Below, in pieces: positions 62,983 to 64,000 of a stretch of 64,000 nucleotides of DNA (positions within the stretch are counted from its first letter, which is position 1; the number at the start of each line of letters is the position of its first letter). The DNA is from Haliotis rufescens. Taxonomy: Eukaryota. The stretch covers positions 27,838,001 through 27,902,000 of the forward strand of contig NW_025964223.1 in NCBI RefSeq assembly GCF_023055435.1, written 5' to 3'. The notes beneath the pieces were generated by a model. The model did not search any database, was not told the DNA's origin, and worked only from the letters and a program-made list of their open reading frames with translations. Position numbers and translations under genes: made by a program.

Positions 62983-64000
62983 CCCTACGACGTGTTACCG
63001 TACCCTTACGGCGTGTCACCGTACCCCTTACGGCGTGTCACCGTACCCCTTCGACGTGTCCATGTACCCCTACGACGTGTTACCGTACCCTTACGGCGTG
63101 TCACCATACTCTTTCGACGTGTCCACGTACTCCTACAACGTGTCTTTCTACCCTTACAGCGTGTCACCGTACCACTACTGCGTGTCATCGTACCCCTACG
63201 ACGTGTCACTGTACCCCTGTGGCGTGTCACCGTATCACTACGACGCGTCATCGTATCACTACGACGTGTCACTGTACCCCTGTGGCGTGTCACCGTATCA
63301 CTACGACGCGTCATCGTATCACTACGACGTGTCAACGTACCCCTTTAGGGTGCCACTGTTCCCCTGTGCCGTGTCATTGTAGCCATATGGCGTGTCACTA
63401 TACCCATATGGCGTATTACCGTACCCTTACAACGTGTCACGTATCAGCGTATCACGATGACGTGTCACCGTACTACTACGGCCTGTCACCGTACCCCTGT
63501 GGCGTGTCAGCGGACTCCTACGACGTGTTTCCGTACCCCTACGACGTGTCACCGTACCCCTACGATGTGTTATCGTACCCCCCTACGACGTGTCATCGTA
63601 CCACTACGGCGTGTCACCTTACCCCTACGACGTGTTATCGTACCCCTACGGCGTGTCGCCGTACCACCACGGAGTGTCACCGTACCCCTACGACGTGTCA
63701 CTCTCCCCCTATGGATTGTTAGCGTATCACTATGACGTGTCAGCGTACCACAACGGCGTATAACCGTGACTCTGTGGCGTGTCAGCGTACCCCTGTGACG
63801 TGTCACTGTACCCCTGTGGCGTGTCAGCGTATCACTACGACGTGTCAGCGTACCACTACGGCGTATCACTGTACCCCTTTGGCATGCCACTGTATCCCTG
63901 TGCCGTGTCTCTGTACCCATATGGCGTGTCACTGTACCCCTACGGCGTGTCACCGTACCCCTTTTGCCGTGTCACTGTACCCATATGGCGTGTCACTGTA
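62983..64000. repeat. 21-bp GC-rich minisatellite, running off the window end
   Basis: Unit approximately gtgtcaccgtacccctacgac, about 48 units. Confidence 0.95.

Noticed and set aside
62992-63953. Arg/Val/Pro- and Tyr/Pro-rich ORFs
   Set aside because: Translations of a 21-bp minisatellite that is open in several frames, with no gene context.

Overview
AT-rich, intron-containing animal DNA, most likely a mollusc (the SINE families and perlucin-like lectins suggest an abalone-type gastropod; this is an inference). Host genes: (1) a + strand tandem cluster of three sialate O-acetylesterase (SIAE-like) paralogues, of which two are pseudogenes and one (19804-26086, 9 exons) is intact; (2) two intact - strand single-domain C-type lectin genes; (3) a damaged-looking - strand type-I membrane protein gene (divergent SUEL-like domain, CUB-like domain, about 28 acidic mucin repeats, TM segment). 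Much of the rest is transposable: six Tc1/mariner copies or fragments, an RLE-type non-LTR tail, a Penelope element with inverted pLTRs and a variant hammerhead, LINE fragments, three SINE families, MITEs and three minisatellites. There are also two copies of a Ngaro-type tyrosine-recombinase retrotransposon (gag, RT/RNase H, YR, SGNH hydrolase). These copies show no split direct repeats or ITRs by eye. They carry a lox-like palindrome at one end, a highly conserved antisense triple-GNRA-hairpin block near the other end, and phase-compatible splice sites that predict a Gag-SGNH fusion. A second notable feature is a 36-bp minisatellite formed by amplifying the exon-1 splice donor of a lectin gene. 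All coordinates and alignments were read by eye.
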